64,000 nucleotides of DNA, taken from positions 448,001-512,000 of the forward strand of contig CAVPIW010000005.1 in assembly GCA_963705105.1 (NCBI GenBank), given 5' to 3'. Positions 51,533-62,248 of this stretch are shown piece by piece. The number at the start of each line of letters is the position of its first letter. Position 1 is the stretch's first letter. This DNA comes from an uncultured Nitrospiraceae bacterium. GTDB taxonomy: Bacteria; Nitrospirota; Thermodesulfovibrionia; Thermodesulfovibrionales; Dissulfurispiraceae. The notes under the pieces were generated by a model. That model worked only from the letters and a program-made list of their open reading frames with translations, was not told the origin of the DNA and did no database searches. The translations under genes and the position numbers were made by a program.

Positions 51533-53281
51533 ATGGGTATTGTCGGTATATCATCGCTGGGACACCTGCTTCTCAAGACCAAGCTGATCACGGAGGAGCA
51601 ACTGCTCGAGGCTCTACGCGTCCAGAAACAGGAGGGCAGGAGGCTAAGCTCCGTCCTCCTGAAGCTGGGATACATCAATGAGGAGAGCCTGATAACGGTT
51701 CTGAGCAAGCAGTACGACGTACCCCCCGTCAATCTTGGTGAAATTCAGATTGATGCCTCTCTGCTCAAGATCATTCCTTATGAAAAATCGAAACGTTACC
51801 TCCTGATCCCCTTTGCCTGGAACGGCGATTCCCTGAAGGTCGCCATTGCCGACCCGTCGAACAGTTTCGCCCTCGACGACGTCAAATTCCTGTCAGGCAA
51901 GAAACTCTCCGTCTATGTGGCGGCCGAGTCCGCGATCCTGGGCACACTGGAAAGACTGCATCCTGAAAAGGATGTGAATGACGAGTCGCTCAAGCAGAAA
52001 AGGGGCGACGGCAAAGACGTCATGGAGACCGATGATCTCAATAAGGTCATCGGCATGGCCCTCGACGATGTGACGACGGTGGAGGACAGGGATGACGAGG
52101 GCATTAAGGAGATCGATGCGCCCCTTATCAAGCTGGTCAACAATGTTCTCCTGAATGCCATCCAATCCCGGGCTAGCGATATCCATATAGAACCCTACGA
52201 GGATGTCCTTCTGGTCCGGTATCGCATCGACGGCGTGCTCCAGCCTTTCATCAAACTCCCTGTCAAGATAAAGAGCGCCGTGATTTCGAGGATCAAGATC
52301 ATGTCCCATCTGGACATATCAGAGCGCAGACTGCCCCAGGACGGGCGGATCAAGCTCAAACTCGGCAACAAACGACAGATCGACCTCCGTGTGTCCACCC
52401 TTCCGACGCTCTTCGGCGAGAAGGTCGTCATGAGACTCCTCGACAAATCGAACCTGCAGCTGGATCTGGCAAAGCTGGGATTCGAGAAACAACCTCTCGA
52501 TGATTTCATGGAAGCCATCGAGAAACCGTACGGCATGATTCTCGTGACGGGTCCTACCGGAAGCGGCAAAACAACGACCCTCTACTCGGCACTTGCCCAC
52601 CTGAACGATCCGGGAGTTAACATCATGACTGCCGAGGACCCCGTGGAATACAACTTTATGGGCATAAACCAGGTGCAGATCCGGGAGGAAATCGGGCTCA
52701 CCTTCGCATCGGCCCTCCGGTCCTTCCTGAGACAGGACCCCGACATCATCATGGTCGGCGAGATCAGGGACTTCGAAACCGCTGAGATCGCCGTGAAAGC
52801 CGCCCTGACAGGCCATCTCGTCCTGAGCACGCTCCATACGAACGACGCACCGAGTACGATGACGAGACTCATCAACATGGGAGTGGAACCCTTTCTTGTC
52901 TCCGCCTCGGTCATTCTCATCGTTGCACAGAGACTTGTCAGGAAGATCTGCCAGCACTGCAAACATGAACAACAGTTTTCGGAGTCGGCGCTGCTGAAGA
53001 TCGGTTTTTCTGCGGATCAGATCAAACAGGTGAAATGTTTCTCCTCGAAGGGTTGTCCGGCCTGCAACAATACGGGATTCAGGGGAAGGATGGCGCTCTA
53101 TGAAATAATGCCGGTGAAGGATGAGATCAAGGAACTGATCCTCCAGGGCGCCTCTGCCGTGGAAATCAAGAGGGAGGCCGTGAGACTGGGCATGATGACG
53201 CTCCGGCAGAGCGGCATCAGGAAAATCATCGAAGGTGTCACCTCTGTCGATGAAGTGCTCAGGGTGACCTTTGAAGACTGA
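51533..53281 (+). CDS. pilB: Type IV pilus assembly ATPase PilB
   Basis: RASDIHIEP, RLPQDGRI, GPTGSGKTT, LRQDPD, tetra-Cys motif. Confidence 0.93.
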   Translation: MGIVGISSLGHLLLKTKLITEEQLLEALRVQKQEGRRLSSVLLKLGYINEESLITVLSKQYDVPPVNLGEIQIDASLLKIIPYEKSKRYLLIPFAWNGDSLKVAIADPSNSFALDDVKFLSGKKLSVYVAAESAILGTLERLHPEKDVNDESLKQKRGDGKDVMETDDLNKVIGMALDDVTTVEDRDDEGIKEIDAPLIKLVNNVLLNAIQSRASDIHIEPYEDVLLVRYRIDGVLQPFIKLPVKIKSAVISRIKIMSHLDISERRLPQDGRIKLKLGNKRQIDLRVSTLPTLFGEKVVMRLLDKSNLQLDLAKLGFEKQPLDDFMEAIEKPYGMILVTGPTGSGKTTTLYSALAHLNDPGVNIMTAEDPVEYNFMGINQVQIREEIGLTFASALRSFLRQDPDIIMVGEIRDFETAEIAVKAALTGHLVLSTLHTNDAPSTMTRLINMGVEPFLVSASVILIVAQRLVRKICQHCKHEQQFSESALLKIGFSADQIKQVKCFSSKGCPACNNTGFRGRMALYEIMPVKDEIKELILQGASAVEIKREAVRLGMMTLRQSGIRKIIEGVTSVDEVLRVTFED

Positions 53282-53366
53282 ACGCCCCGATCTCCGCCGG
53301 CGGATGAACGCTAAAGATTCTGCGGAATACACCGAAATAAAACTAAAAAACAGAAGGTGATCTGAG

Positions 53367-54761
53367 ATGCTCTCAAAACTGACGGTCTTCGGAAATTCGA
53401 GAAAAAGCCTCTACCTGCGCTTTTTCCTTGTCTTCAACCTGTCGATTCTCGCAACGGTCATTCTTGTGACCGGGGCCCTGATCGTCACAAACCCCGATCT
53501 TGACATCATCACGCTGGCGAAGTCTTTTTCCCCGATCATACTCATCTCCGTCGTCGCCCTTTTTCTCTTTTCCACCGCGAATATCATGTGGTTCCGACAC
53601 AGCGTGATTAAGCCAATCAATTCGATCGAGGGGATCATCAACGATATCCAGAAGGGGAACTACCACGAACGCATCCAGCTCACGACAAACGACGAGTTCA
53701 GCGACATTGCGAAGACGTTCAACGATACGATGGACAAGCTGCTGACCGTTATCCAGACCGAGGAGGAGAGGGAGAGGACGCAGAAGAACATCATCAGGTT
53801 CCTGAGCATCCTGAGCGCAGCTTCCGAGGGTGACCTGACACAGAAGGCCGCGGTCACATCCGATGTCTTCGGCTCCCTTGCCGACGCGTTTAATCTCATG
53901 GTCGAGGGGCTCGCCGACCTTCTGAAAGAAGTGAAACACTCGGCCGATGACGCAAACAGCAGGAGTCTCGCCCTGTCCTATATCATCCAGCAGCTCGAAG
54001 GCGGAGCGTCGATGCAGATGGGACAGATCGAAAGCGCCTCGAGTGCCGTCAATGAATCCGCCGTGTCCGCACTGGCAATTACCGACAGGACGAAAACGGG
54101 CCAGACCATATCCGGCAACGGCATCCAGGCCATCGAAAGGGGCACGAAAATAGTCTCGGATTCCATCGACGGAATGCATCTTATCCGGGCGACCGTCAAG
54201 GCCATCAACAAGAGAATGAAGCTGTTGTCCGAAAAGCTGATGGAAATCGGGACGATATCGAAACTCATATCGGATATAGCCGACAAGACGAACCTCCTCG
54301 CTCTGAATGCCTCCATCGAGGCGGCGCGGGCCGGAGAACAGAGCAAGGGGTTTGTCATCATAGCAGAGGAGATCCGGGGACTCGCCGAAAGGTCGGCGAA
54401 GTCGACGAAACAAATCGGCGAGATCATCAATTCGATTCAGTCTGAGGCTGGAAGTGTGACCAAGCATCTTGAGGACGAGACAAGCTACGTCGAGATGGAG
54501 ACGAACATGGCGACGGAGACGGGATCGGTCTTTGAAGAAATCGCCGGCATCATCAAGAACGTCGGGTCGATCATGTCGGAAATCAACGACGCCGCCGAGG
54601 GGCAGCGCGGCCTGACGTCGAAGGTCGTGACATCCATGAACGAGGTTAACCAGGTATCCGAGCAAGTCATGAAGGCCGTCCACGACCTGACGGATATATC
54701 AAAATCCCTGTCCGAAAGTTCCCAGCGACTCCTGACGTCAACGGGCAGGTTTAAATTCTAA
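53367..54761 (+). CDS. Methyl-accepting chemotaxis protein (PilJ-like)
   Basis: 2 TMs, HAMP domains, [17 protein letters not shown]. Confidence 0.93.
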   Translation: MLSKLTVFGNSRKSLYLRFFLVFNLSILATVILVTGALIVTNPDLDIITLAKSFSPIILISVVALFLFSTANIMWFRHSVIKPINSIEGIINDIQKGNYHERIQLTTNDEFSDIAKTFNDTMDKLLTVIQTEEERERTQKNIIRFLSILSAASEGDLTQKAAVTSDVFGSLADAFNLMVEGLADLLKEVKHSADDANSRSLALSYIIQQLEGGASMQMGQIESASSAVNESAVSALAITDRTKTGQTISGNGIQAIERGTKIVSDSIDGMHLIRATVKAINKRMKLLSEKLMEIGTISKLISDIADKTNLLALNASIEAARAGEQSKGFVIIAEEIRGLAERSAKSTKQIGEIINSIQSEAGSVTKHLEDETSYVEMETNMATETGSVFEEIAGIIKNVGSIMSEINDAAEGQRGLTSKVVTSMNEVNQVSEQVMKAVHDLTDISKSLSESSQRLLTSTGRFKF

Positions 54762-54850
54762 ACTTCCCCCCTCCTTCATCACCCTGCCGGGGCAGGTCCG
54801 GGCAAGCGGACCCGCCCCGGTGACTTCCCTCAGCACCTCTTTTGCCCGCA

Positions 54851-54879
54851 TTGACAAAACCCCGTCAGGCAGGTAGGAT
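54851..54879 (+). promoter_or_regulatory. Sigma70-type promoter reading into repeat A6 and the DUF2845 gene
   Basis: TTGACA-17 nt-TAGGAT. Confidence 0.55.
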
Positions 54880-54909
54880 TAAAGAAAAAAGCCGTCTTTC
54901 CTGCCTGAT

Positions 54910-55129
54910 TAAACCTAATCGTTGCAATACACTTCCGGAAAAGGCGGGGCGTATGCGCCGAAAACCTTGCTGCGGCGACACCATAACTCCCAGAAGACAA
55001 CCTTTCAAACCAATGGTCGACCACACAAAGCGTGGAAGCCTGAAAGACAGACCTGACGAGGCGTATCGTCGCCTTCAGCAAGGCTTTGAGGCGCTTCGCC
55101 ACGCCTTTCTATGCAACCACAAGGTAAAC
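54910..55129 (+). repeat. Family A full copy A6, bounded by TAAAC on both sides
   Basis: taaacctaatcgttgca...tgcaaccacaaggtaaac. Confidence 0.95.
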
Positions 55130-55153
55130 TGATATGCGGGACATCCCATCACC

Positions 55154-55534
55154 ATGACATACGCGCATCTCATCTCACTCGCATTGCTCATCTGGGCGAC
55201 GTTCTTCGGGGGAATCGGCGTCGGCATGGCTTCATCTTTCCGGTGCGGCACGCGAATCGTTTCGCCGGGAGACACGGCCTCTGAAGTCATCTACAAGTGC
55301 GGCCAGCCCGATCATGTCGAGACATGGGAAGAGACTCGCGTCAGCAGGGATTTCTATAAAAATATTCCGGGCGACCCTGATACTCCTGAATTTTACAGGG
55401 AGCCTTTTCTGGTGAAGGAATACGTCAGGGTGGAGGAATGGGAATATAACCTCGGTCCGACTCAGTTCATCAGGTACCTGAGATTCGAGAACGGCAGGCT
55501 CAGGAGGATCACGACCGGCGGCTACGGATACTGA
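55154..55534 (+). CDS. DUF2845 family secreted protein
   Basis: FRCG..IV..GD...EV..KCG.P; EEW.YN.GP..F...L.F..G.L. Confidence 0.85.
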   Translation: MTYAHLISLALLIWATFFGGIGVGMASSFRCGTRIVSPGDTASEVIYKCGQPDHVETWEETRVSRDFYKNIPGDPDTPEFYREPFLVKEYVRVEEWEYNLGPTQFIRYLRFENGRLRRITTGGYGY

Positions 55535-57838
55535 TCAGACAGGGAAAAGGAGGTACCTGATAAGCGTCGAAAAGAGGGAGTTTTCATCGACGGGCTTCAT
55601 GATATAGTCGGACGCCCCGATTTCAAGCGCCTTCTCCCTGTGTTTCCCGGTGCTCCGTGACGTAAGGACGACCACGGGTATGTCCCTCAGGTGGTCTGAC
55701 GCCTTGAGCTTGGCGATGAGCTCATAGCCGTGCATAAGCGGCATCTCGAGGTCCGTAATGATCAGGTCGACGGGCTTCTCTTCGAGGAGGCCCAGGGCCT
55801 CGATCCCGTTGGACGCGTTGAAAACGTCGCAATCTCTCTCGATGAGAAAGGAGCTTACATATTTTCTTACACTGAGGGAGTCATCGACGACGAGCACGCG
55901 TCTTCCCCTGAAGTCATGGACACCTGTCGGGTCGAGCGGCATGTGGTCGATGTCTTCTTCAAAGACCCGGATCGGGTTGACGACAAGCCGCATCTTTCCG
56001 TCTCCCGAGATGGTGACTCCTGAGTACAGTGTCAGCCCGTCGAGAAAACGGTTCACCGGTTTGATGATCGCCTCTTCCTGCCCGAAGATGTCGTCGACGA
56101 TCAGGCCGGACTTCCTGTTCGATATGCTGCATATGAGGACGTAGCGTACCCGTTCATTATAATGGGGCAGGTTGAAGAGATCGGAGAAACTCTTCACCGA
56201 AATGGTTTTTCCCCTGTAGTTGATCGTCGAGTCGTGGGGATCATAATCGCAGACTTCATCAAGCAGCATCACTTCCTCGATGAGATTTGCAGGGATCACG
56301 AACTCGACCGGTCCGCAGTGAAATACGAGGACATTCGTTATGGCGAGGGTGGTCGGAATCCTGAGCCGGAAGGTCGTTCCACGATTGATCTGTGTTTCCA
56401 CCTCGATGGTTCCGCTCAAATCCGCAAGATGCCTTCTGACGGCATTCATGCCGACGCCGCGGCCTGCATTCATGTCGATTTTTTCCGACGTCGTTACCCC
56501 GGGAAGAAAGATCAGGGAGAGAATCTCCTCATGGGAGGGATGCGCTCCGGGCTTGAAAATCCCGCGCTTGACGCCCTCCAGCAGCAGCCTGCCCGTGTCG
56601 ATCCCCCTTCCGTCGTCACTGATTTCGATCATGATGCTGCTGCCCTCACGCCTAGCTGACATGACGATCTGTCCCTCCGCCTTCTTCCCGTTCTGAACGC
56701 GTTCCTCGGGCGTCTCGATGCCATGACATATGGCGTTCCTGATGATGTGGAGAAAGGGATCGAAGATCCGTTCAAAGATCACCCTGTCAATCTTGGTTTC
56801 GCCGTTTGACACAATCAGTTCGACGTTCTTCCCGTATTCCTTTCCCATGCTCCTGACAGGCCGCACAAATCGCTGGAAGAACCTGCCGATTTCCATCATA
56901 CGTGAATCGGTGATGTCCGACCTCAGCAGGCGTATCATGCCGTCCATGTTTTTCATGTCTTCCTGAAAGGACTCGAGAAGCTGGGAAAGCTCCTTGACGG
57001 CTTCTGACAGGTCTTCAGTCATCTCCTGGAGTTTTCTGGAGAAGAGGTTTTGCTCGTCATACCGGTCGAATTCAAGTTCACCGAATTCCGAAAAAAGAGG
57101 ATCTACGTATCTGTCTGTTCTTGTGACGGCTGAATATTCGTGCCTGTCTGCAAAGTCGTTGACTTCGCCGAAGAGCCGTTTGCCCGCAAACAGTATCTCG
57201 TTCGAAATGTTGCCCGCTTCCTTGGTCCTTTGCAGAAGGTAGTTCTTCTTGATCGTGATTTCACTGATGAGGTTGAGCATCTCCTCGATTTTCCGGACTT
57301 CGACCTTGACAAAGTTGCCGGTGAACAGCTCGACGTCATCCCTTCTCCTGCCGATGGAGCCCCTTCTCTCAGTCGCCACGGGAACTTCCGGTTGCGCGGG
57401 CTGGCGGGAATCGCCGGATGGGCACTGTGAATGGCCGTTCCCCGGTTTCACCCTGGCGAATACGTCTTCTTTTCTTTTTAATACCGCCTCTTCGATGCCG
57501 GGCTGCTCCGTTTTTCCCGACGACACGTCCTGTATGAGGGATGAGACCGACTCAAGCATATACAGGAGAAGATCGGTGATTTCCGTCTGCACGTCGATCT
57601 TCCCGTCTTTTATGTCTTCAAGGATGTCCTCCATCGAATGGGCGATCTTGCTGATCGATCCGAGTTTCACCAATGCCGCTCCTCCCTTCAGGGTGTGAGC
57701 GGCCCTGAACAACTCCTCGATCAGGGGCCCTCTCTGTGGATCCGTCTCCAGGGAGGATATGCCGCCCTGGAGAGTTGTCATGTAGTTTTCGGCTTCGAGA
57801 AGGAAACACTCCAGAAGCTCAGCTTCAATGTTTGCCAT
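55535..57838 (-). CDS. cheA: Hybrid CheA/ChpA-like kinase (Hpt-HATPase-CheW-REC)
   Basis: FRAAHTLKG, HIIRNAICHG, DDGRG, GRGVGM, C-terminal receiver. Confidence 0.93.
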   Translation of the reverse strand: MANIEAELLECFLLEAENYMTTLQGGISSLETDPQRGPLIEELFRAAHTLKGGAALVKLGSISKIAHSMEDILEDIKDGKIDVQTEITDLLLYMLESVSSLIQDVSSGKTEQPGIEEAVLKRKEDVFARVKPGNGHSQCPSGDSRQPAQPEVPVATERRGSIGRRRDDVELFTGNFVKVEVRKIEEMLNLISEITIKKNYLLQRTKEAGNISNEILFAGKRLFGEVNDFADRHEYSAVTRTDRYVDPLFSEFGELEFDRYDEQNLFSRKLQEMTEDLSEAVKELSQLLESFQEDMKNMDGMIRLLRSDITDSRMMEIGRFFQRFVRPVRSMGKEYGKNVELIVSNGETKIDRVIFERIFDPFLHIIRNAICHGIETPEERVQNGKKAEGQIVMSARREGSSIMIEISDDGRGIDTGRLLLEGVKRGIFKPGAHPSHEEILSLIFLPGVTTSEKIDMNAGRGVGMNAVRRHLADLSGTIEVETQINRGTTFRLRIPTTLAITNVLVFHCGPVEFVIPANLIEEVMLLDEVCDYDPHDSTINYRGKTISVKSFSDLFNLPHYNERVRYVLICSISNRKSGLIVDDIFGQEEAIIKPVNRFLDGLTLYSGVTISGDGKMRLVVNPIRVFEEDIDHMPLDPTGVHDFRGRRVLVVDDSLSVRKYVSSFLIERDCDVFNASNGIEALGLLEEKPVDLIITDLEMPLMHGYELIAKLKASDHLRDIPVVVLTSRSTGKHREKALEIGASDYIMKPVDENSLFSTLIRYLLFPV

Positions 57839-58208
57839 TACGTGTTCTCTTCACCCGATAGGTCTCAAAAAAACTCTTTACGTCGATCAGGTCCTCCACC
57901 ATGATATCCGGGTCATAGGTGACGAAGAAAGGGGTGATCTCGGAGAGGAACCCGATGTGTTCGTTCTCGGTGTCGATGATGAGGAGCTTGGCATTGTTGT
58001 ATGAAGGTTTCTCGATCGGAAAGATCTTCGAGAGATCTATCGCGGGAATGATCCTGCCCCGTGACGGCAAGGCTCCGTACACATATTCCGGAGCGCCGGG
58101 TATGGGGAATATCCTCGCGATATCGATGACTTCCCTGACCGCTTCCGTCGGCAGGAGGAACTCCTTTTCGCTCACTTTGAACACACAGAATGTTCTTTCA
58201 TTCGACAT
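57825..58208 (-). CDS. cheW: CheW-like protein
   Basis: VREVI...PIPGAPEYVYG...RGRIIPAIDL. Confidence 0.85.
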   Translation of the reverse strand: MSNERTFCVFKVSEKEFLLPTEAVREVIDIARIFPIPGAPEYVYGALPSRGRIIPAIDLSKIFPIEKPSYNNAKLLIIDTENEHIGFLSEITPFFVTYDPDIMVEDLIDVKSFFETYRVKRTRNGKH

Positions 58209-58228
58209 GGGGTTTGGTTCTTCCTCTC

Positions 58229-58594
58229 TCATCGCGTTAAACATTTTTTCACCGCCCGTAGTAGATCTATCGGCTCGCATGGTTTTGTGAGATACATGTC
58301 GGCGCCCTGCCTCTGGCCCCACAGCCTGTCACTCTCCTGATCCTTCGATGTGACGATGATCACGGGGATGCTTTTCAGGACATTATCCTTCTTGATCTCC
58401 CTGCAGAGCTGATAACCGTTCTTTTTCGGCATCACGACATCGAGGATGACGAGGTCGAAAGTCTCGTTCCTCAGCATTTTCTCAGCTTCCTCACCGTCCC
58501 TGGCAACAGAGAGATAGTTGCCCGTCACGGCAAGCACGGATTCTATGAATTTAATCTCTGTGGGACTGTCGTCAGCAATGAGAATTTTCGGCAT
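58229..58594 (-). CDS. Single-domain response regulator (PilH-like)
   Basis: ILIADDSPTE, DVVMP..NGYQLCR, SDRLWG..QGA. Confidence 0.9.
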   Translation of the reverse strand: MPKILIADDSPTEIKFIESVLAVTGNYLSVARDGEEAEKMLRNETFDLVILDVVMPKKNGYQLCREIKKDNVLKSIPVIIVTSKDQESDRLWGQRQGADMYLTKPCEPIDLLRAVKKCLTR

Positions 58595-58606
58595 CTGAAG
58601 ATCTCC

Positions 58607-60820
58607 CTATGATGCCCTGACAAGACCAACCTTCATCAGGACATCCAAAATATCCCCTATACTCCCGTTGACCATTTCGCCGCTCATCATCAGGTCGCCG
58701 ATCTTCGTTCCTCCGTTAATGCCCTGGAGGACGTCGAGTTCTTCCTCGGAGAGACCCCAGGATCCCGGGTCTCTATAGGCGGTGAAGACCCCGGCATTGC
58801 TGTCCTGAATGCCCTTTGCCCCTTCGGCGCTGCAGGCCTTGTGCGCAGCTTCGACCAGGATGGGAAGCACATTCAGCCTAAGGGGCACCATGAGCAGGCT
58901 GTCCGGAAGAATCAATGTCTCGATGAAAAAGGTACCCTGGCGGAGCTCAAGGAGCGAGCAGAACGTATCCACAATCCTCTCTCTGAGGAGGGTGCTCATT
59001 CTCTCGTCCGATGCATCGCCGGAGTCCCCTGAACGGCATGTCTCTGAGGTCATATTTCCACCGGGAGACACTTCCATTGACTCAGAGCGCCTGTGACGCG
59101 ACTCGCGGGACTGTCCCAGGGACAGAAAATGCCTCTCATGCCTGCTCGTCGTCGCACAAATGAGAGCACCTCCGTCGAAATAAACCTCTGAACTCAGGAA
59201 AGGCGAGAAAACGGAGAGTTTTCCTGTCAGCCGGTTTGCTGTAATGATCTGAATGACATCGAGGAGGTGGACTGCAGACAGTTCCCCCGAAAGAGTCAGG
59301 GCTGCGCTCCTCGCCATGCCTGTGTGCTTGAGGGTGTCGTGCACACTTTTCTGAATGAGGAACGGCAGGTCCTCCGCAAAATAGCGTGAGACAACCCGGT
59401 CCATCATCTTCTCCAGATCGTCGGGCTGCTGCAGGGCAGCGTGAGATTGACCATCACTCGGGCCATGGACCGCCTGAGCCTCTTCGGCTGCCGATTGAAC
59501 CGGCACACCGGCAAGATTGTCCACCTGAAGATCACCCGCCGGGCTGACATGCCCGGGCGTGATCTCCCTGTTTTCACTCTCCCATATGGGCTGGCTGTCG
59601 GGACCTTGGACATCAGAAATTGCATATTCATCGCGCTGTTCAGGCGACGGGGGGGCCTCGTCTTCACCAACGAAGGAAAGGTTTTCTTCGGATGATGAAA
59701 CTGCGGATAACGACATCTCTTCATCGCCGGAGGAGATGTCGTGGAGGGAGAAATCCTCTCTCTTGAAAAGGAAGGGAAGGTCCGCGTCCTCCGCGACGGA
59801 AGGCTGCTCCGGCACGACCTCGTCTTCACCGACGAAGGAGATACTGTCTTCCATATCGGATCTCTCTTCCGGGACCACCGGGGCATCGGCCAGGGAGAAT
59901 TCCTGCCTGTCAAAGACGAAGGGGAGGTCCGTGTCCCCCGTGATGAAAGGCTGGTCCGGCAGGCCGGCTTCGTCCTCCCCGTTGAGGGAGATGTCGTCCT
60001 CCATCGCGTGGACTTCTTCCGGGACCACCGGGGCATCGGCCAGGGAGAATTCCTGCCTGTCAAAGACGAAGGGGAGGTCCGTGTCCCCCGTGATGAAAGG
60101 CTGGTCCGGCAGGCCGGCTTCGTCCTCCCCGTTGAGGGAGATGTCGTCCTCCATCGCGTGGACTTCTTCCGGGACCACCGGGACATCGGCCAGGGAGAAT
60201 TCCTGCCTGCCAAAGACGAAGGGGAGGTCCGTGTCCCCCGTGACCGAAAGGTCTGATGAGGGACCCTCCCGCCTGTCAATGACGAGCGAGACATCCCTGT
60301 CCATGAGAGACGTATCGGTTTGATAGTGCGTGGTGTCAGTGTGGAACTGAGAATCTCCGTCAGCAGCACTAGGAAAGGCTGAATCAACATCGTACCCGTC
60401 GACGACATGATCGACGGCAGATGTCATATCATGATGGTCTCTGCTAGTCAGGATCATGGCGTTCACTTTTTCCGTGAGCGTCTCTGACTTGAAGGGCTTG
60501 ATGAAATAATCGGCAATGCCGAATTTCTCGATGAACTTCTTGCCCACGTCCTCGCCCTTTCCTGTAATCAGAATGATGGGGACATCCTTGAGCCGGTTGC
60601 TCTCCCGGGCGGATTTGCAGAACTCGTAGCCGCTCATTCGGGGCATGATGAAGTCGACGAGGATGAGCGCCGGGGAGATATCCTCGGCCACCTTGAGGCC
60701 CTCTTCGCCGTCACTGGCCGTGTAGACCTTGTACCCTTCCTCTTCGAGCGCAAGTTCCGCCAGTTTTCTCACAATGGGGCTGTCATCTATGACAACTACT
60801 TTTCCCTTTTCCATAAGCAT
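58607..60820 (-). CDS. Response regulator with an acidic tandem-repeat linker and a DUF4388-like C-terminal domain
   Basis: N-terminal receiver; LSGEL....L.DVIQ......TG.L...VYF..G. Confidence 0.85.
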   Translation of the reverse strand: MLMEKGKVVVIDDSPIVRKLAELALEEEGYKVYTASDGEEGLKVAEDISPALILVDFIMPRMSGYEFCKSARESNRLKDVPIILITGKGEDVGKKFIEKFGIADYFIKPFKSETLTEKVNAMILTSRDHHDMTSAVDHVVDGYDVDSAFPSAADGDSQFHTDTTHYQTDTSLMDRDVSLVIDRREGPSSDLSVTGDTDLPFVFGRQEFSLADVPVVPEEVHAMEDDISLNGEDEAGLPDQPFITGDTDLPFVFDRQEFSLADAPVVPEEVHAMEDDISLNGEDEAGLPDQPFITGDTDLPFVFDRQEFSLADAPVVPEERSDMEDSISFVGEDEVVPEQPSVAEDADLPFLFKREDFSLHDISSGDEEMSLSAVSSSEENLSFVGEDEAPPSPEQRDEYAISDVQGPDSQPIWESENREITPGHVSPAGDLQVDNLAGVPVQSAAEEAQAVHGPSDGQSHAALQQPDDLEKMMDRVVSRYFAEDLPFLIQKSVHDTLKHTGMARSAALTLSGELSAVHLLDVIQIITANRLTGKLSVFSPFLSSEVYFDGGALICATTSRHERHFLSLGQSRESRHRRSESMEVSPGGNMTSETCRSGDSGDASDERMSTLLRERIVDTFCSLLELRQGTFFIETLILPDSLLMVPLRLNVLPILVEAAHKACSAEGAKGIQDSNAGVFTAYRDPGSWGLSEEELDVLQGINGGTKIGDLMMSGEMVNGSIGDILDVLMKVGLVRAS
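59740..60245 (-). repeat. Intragenic 150-bp (50-aa) tandem repeat, ~3.5 units
   Basis: gggaccaccgg(g/a) at 59871, 60021 and 60171. Confidence 0.95.
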
Positions 60821-60869
60821 TCACCTCACCTCTGATGAGCATTTGTTTGATTTTTCAGCCTTCACGGAA

Positions 60870-61658
60870 CTACTCCAAAAGCCTCTTCATGCTGACCCTC
60901 ATCCTGTCTATCGACTTCGCCAGACCGGCGAGTTCATCTTTCGTCGTAACCTCGACTTTCTGCGTCAGGTTTCCCATGGATATGGCGTTCACAGTGGTTG
61001 CAAGGGCCGTCACCGGCTTGACCACGGTTATTTTCAGGATGAAACTGATGGCCGCTGATATGAAAATCAGAATAGCCACACAGATCGTGACATTGATCGC
61101 CAGCGTTTTTTGGATCCTCTTAAGGGCCGCAGACCTGTCCTTCATGACGTAAAGGATGCCGATTTCCCTGCCGCTGTAGTCCTTGAGCCGGGCCATGGCC
61201 AGCGCATATGCCCTGCCGCTGAAGACGCTTTCGTCTATGTGGATCCTGTCTGAAGCGGCACTCGTCTTGCCGAAGACATCAGGCTTGAGGATGCTGTCCG
61301 AGAGGTTCGGAAGTGTTGAAAAATAGGGCGCATATTCAGTGACCGGCTCAGCATGCCTCCTGCCGTTGCCGTTTTTTGCGGTGGCAGCGTTTTTTGAGAC
61401 GAGAATGCCTCCTTCGACCTCATAGATCTTCCGGATCTCATCGAGACTTGACACGAGCAGGGGAAGCTGCTGATCGCTCCTTATCTGGCTTCCCATCCTC
61501 CTCTGACCGAGGTCGAGGGCGTTGTCGAGAGACTCTTTCGCCATGTCATTCACAATCGCAATGTGCGATTTATAATTGAATATGGCGATAAAGCTCATGA
61601 CGAAGACGAGGATTGCGAGAACCGGCAGGATCGTTTTTGCCGTCAGGCCGAGGTTCAT
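60870..61658 (-). CDS. Membrane sensor: TM, periplasmic domain, TM, HAMP; no output domain
   Basis: KPVTALA...ISMGNL......DELAGLA.SIDRM. Confidence 0.8.
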   Translation of the reverse strand: MNLGLTAKTILPVLAILVFVMSFIAIFNYKSHIAIVNDMAKESLDNALDLGQRRMGSQIRSDQQLPLLVSSLDEIRKIYEVEGGILVSKNAATAKNGNGRRHAEPVTEYAPYFSTLPNLSDSILKPDVFGKTSAASDRIHIDESVFSGRAYALAMARLKDYSGREIGILYVMKDRSAALKRIQKTLAINVTICVAILIFISAAISFILKITVVKPVTALATTVNAISMGNLTQKVEVTTKDELAGLAKSIDRMRVSMKRLLE

Positions 61659-62248
61659 CTGGCCACCTTTTCCCGCTGGGTTATGATCGCATGGGCTTCC
61701 TCGGAGAAATGACGCCTGTCTGCAGGATCATCGATTTCTTTTTTCAGGAGATCGATGAGATGAATGAAGTCTTTTCTCTGCATTGATGCTGACGAATCCC
61801 AGTTCTCTTTCACGATCCTGCCGAATATCTTTTCTCCTGCCGGTCCGACCTGCCTCACGAATGCCGTCATGATCGCCCTCCGTAACGGCTCGATGCCGTC
61901 GGCCGGGCGTGCCTGCCCCGCCTCCTGGTCCGTTCCGCTGAAACCTTTGAACAGAACGGTCTTGCGCGACGTCATGATCATTCTGATGATGTCCGACGTG
62001 GAAGGAAGGTCTGTCGATGCCCTGTCGAGTTCGGTCCCGGGAATGAAGGAGCAATCCCTGAGTTCCATCGACGAGAAGATGTCCAGACAGTCTTTCCCCC
62101 GAATATTTCCGCAGACGATGTGATAGATCTCTCCGCCCCTGAAAAAAAGTTTGAGCAGGTTCGGACTCCCTCCGATGGCGACGGAGAGGAGACCGGTTTT
62201 CCCGTGCTTGTGAATTTCAGTCAGTACTGTCGTCAGATTTCGTACCAT
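61655..62248 (-). CDS. DUF4388-like hypothetical protein
   Basis: KTGLLSV...LKLFFRGGEIYH; first gene of the chemosensory operon. Confidence 0.6.
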   Translation of the reverse strand: MVRNLTTVLTEIHKHGKTGLLSVAIGGSPNLLKLFFRGGEIYHIVCGNIRGKDCLDIFSSMELRDCSFIPGTELDRASTDLPSTSDIIRMIMTSRKTVLFKGFSGTDQEAGQARPADGIEPLRRAIMTAFVRQVGPAGEKIFGRIVKENWDSSASMQRKDFIHLIDLLKKEIDDPADRRHFSEEAHAIITQREKVAR

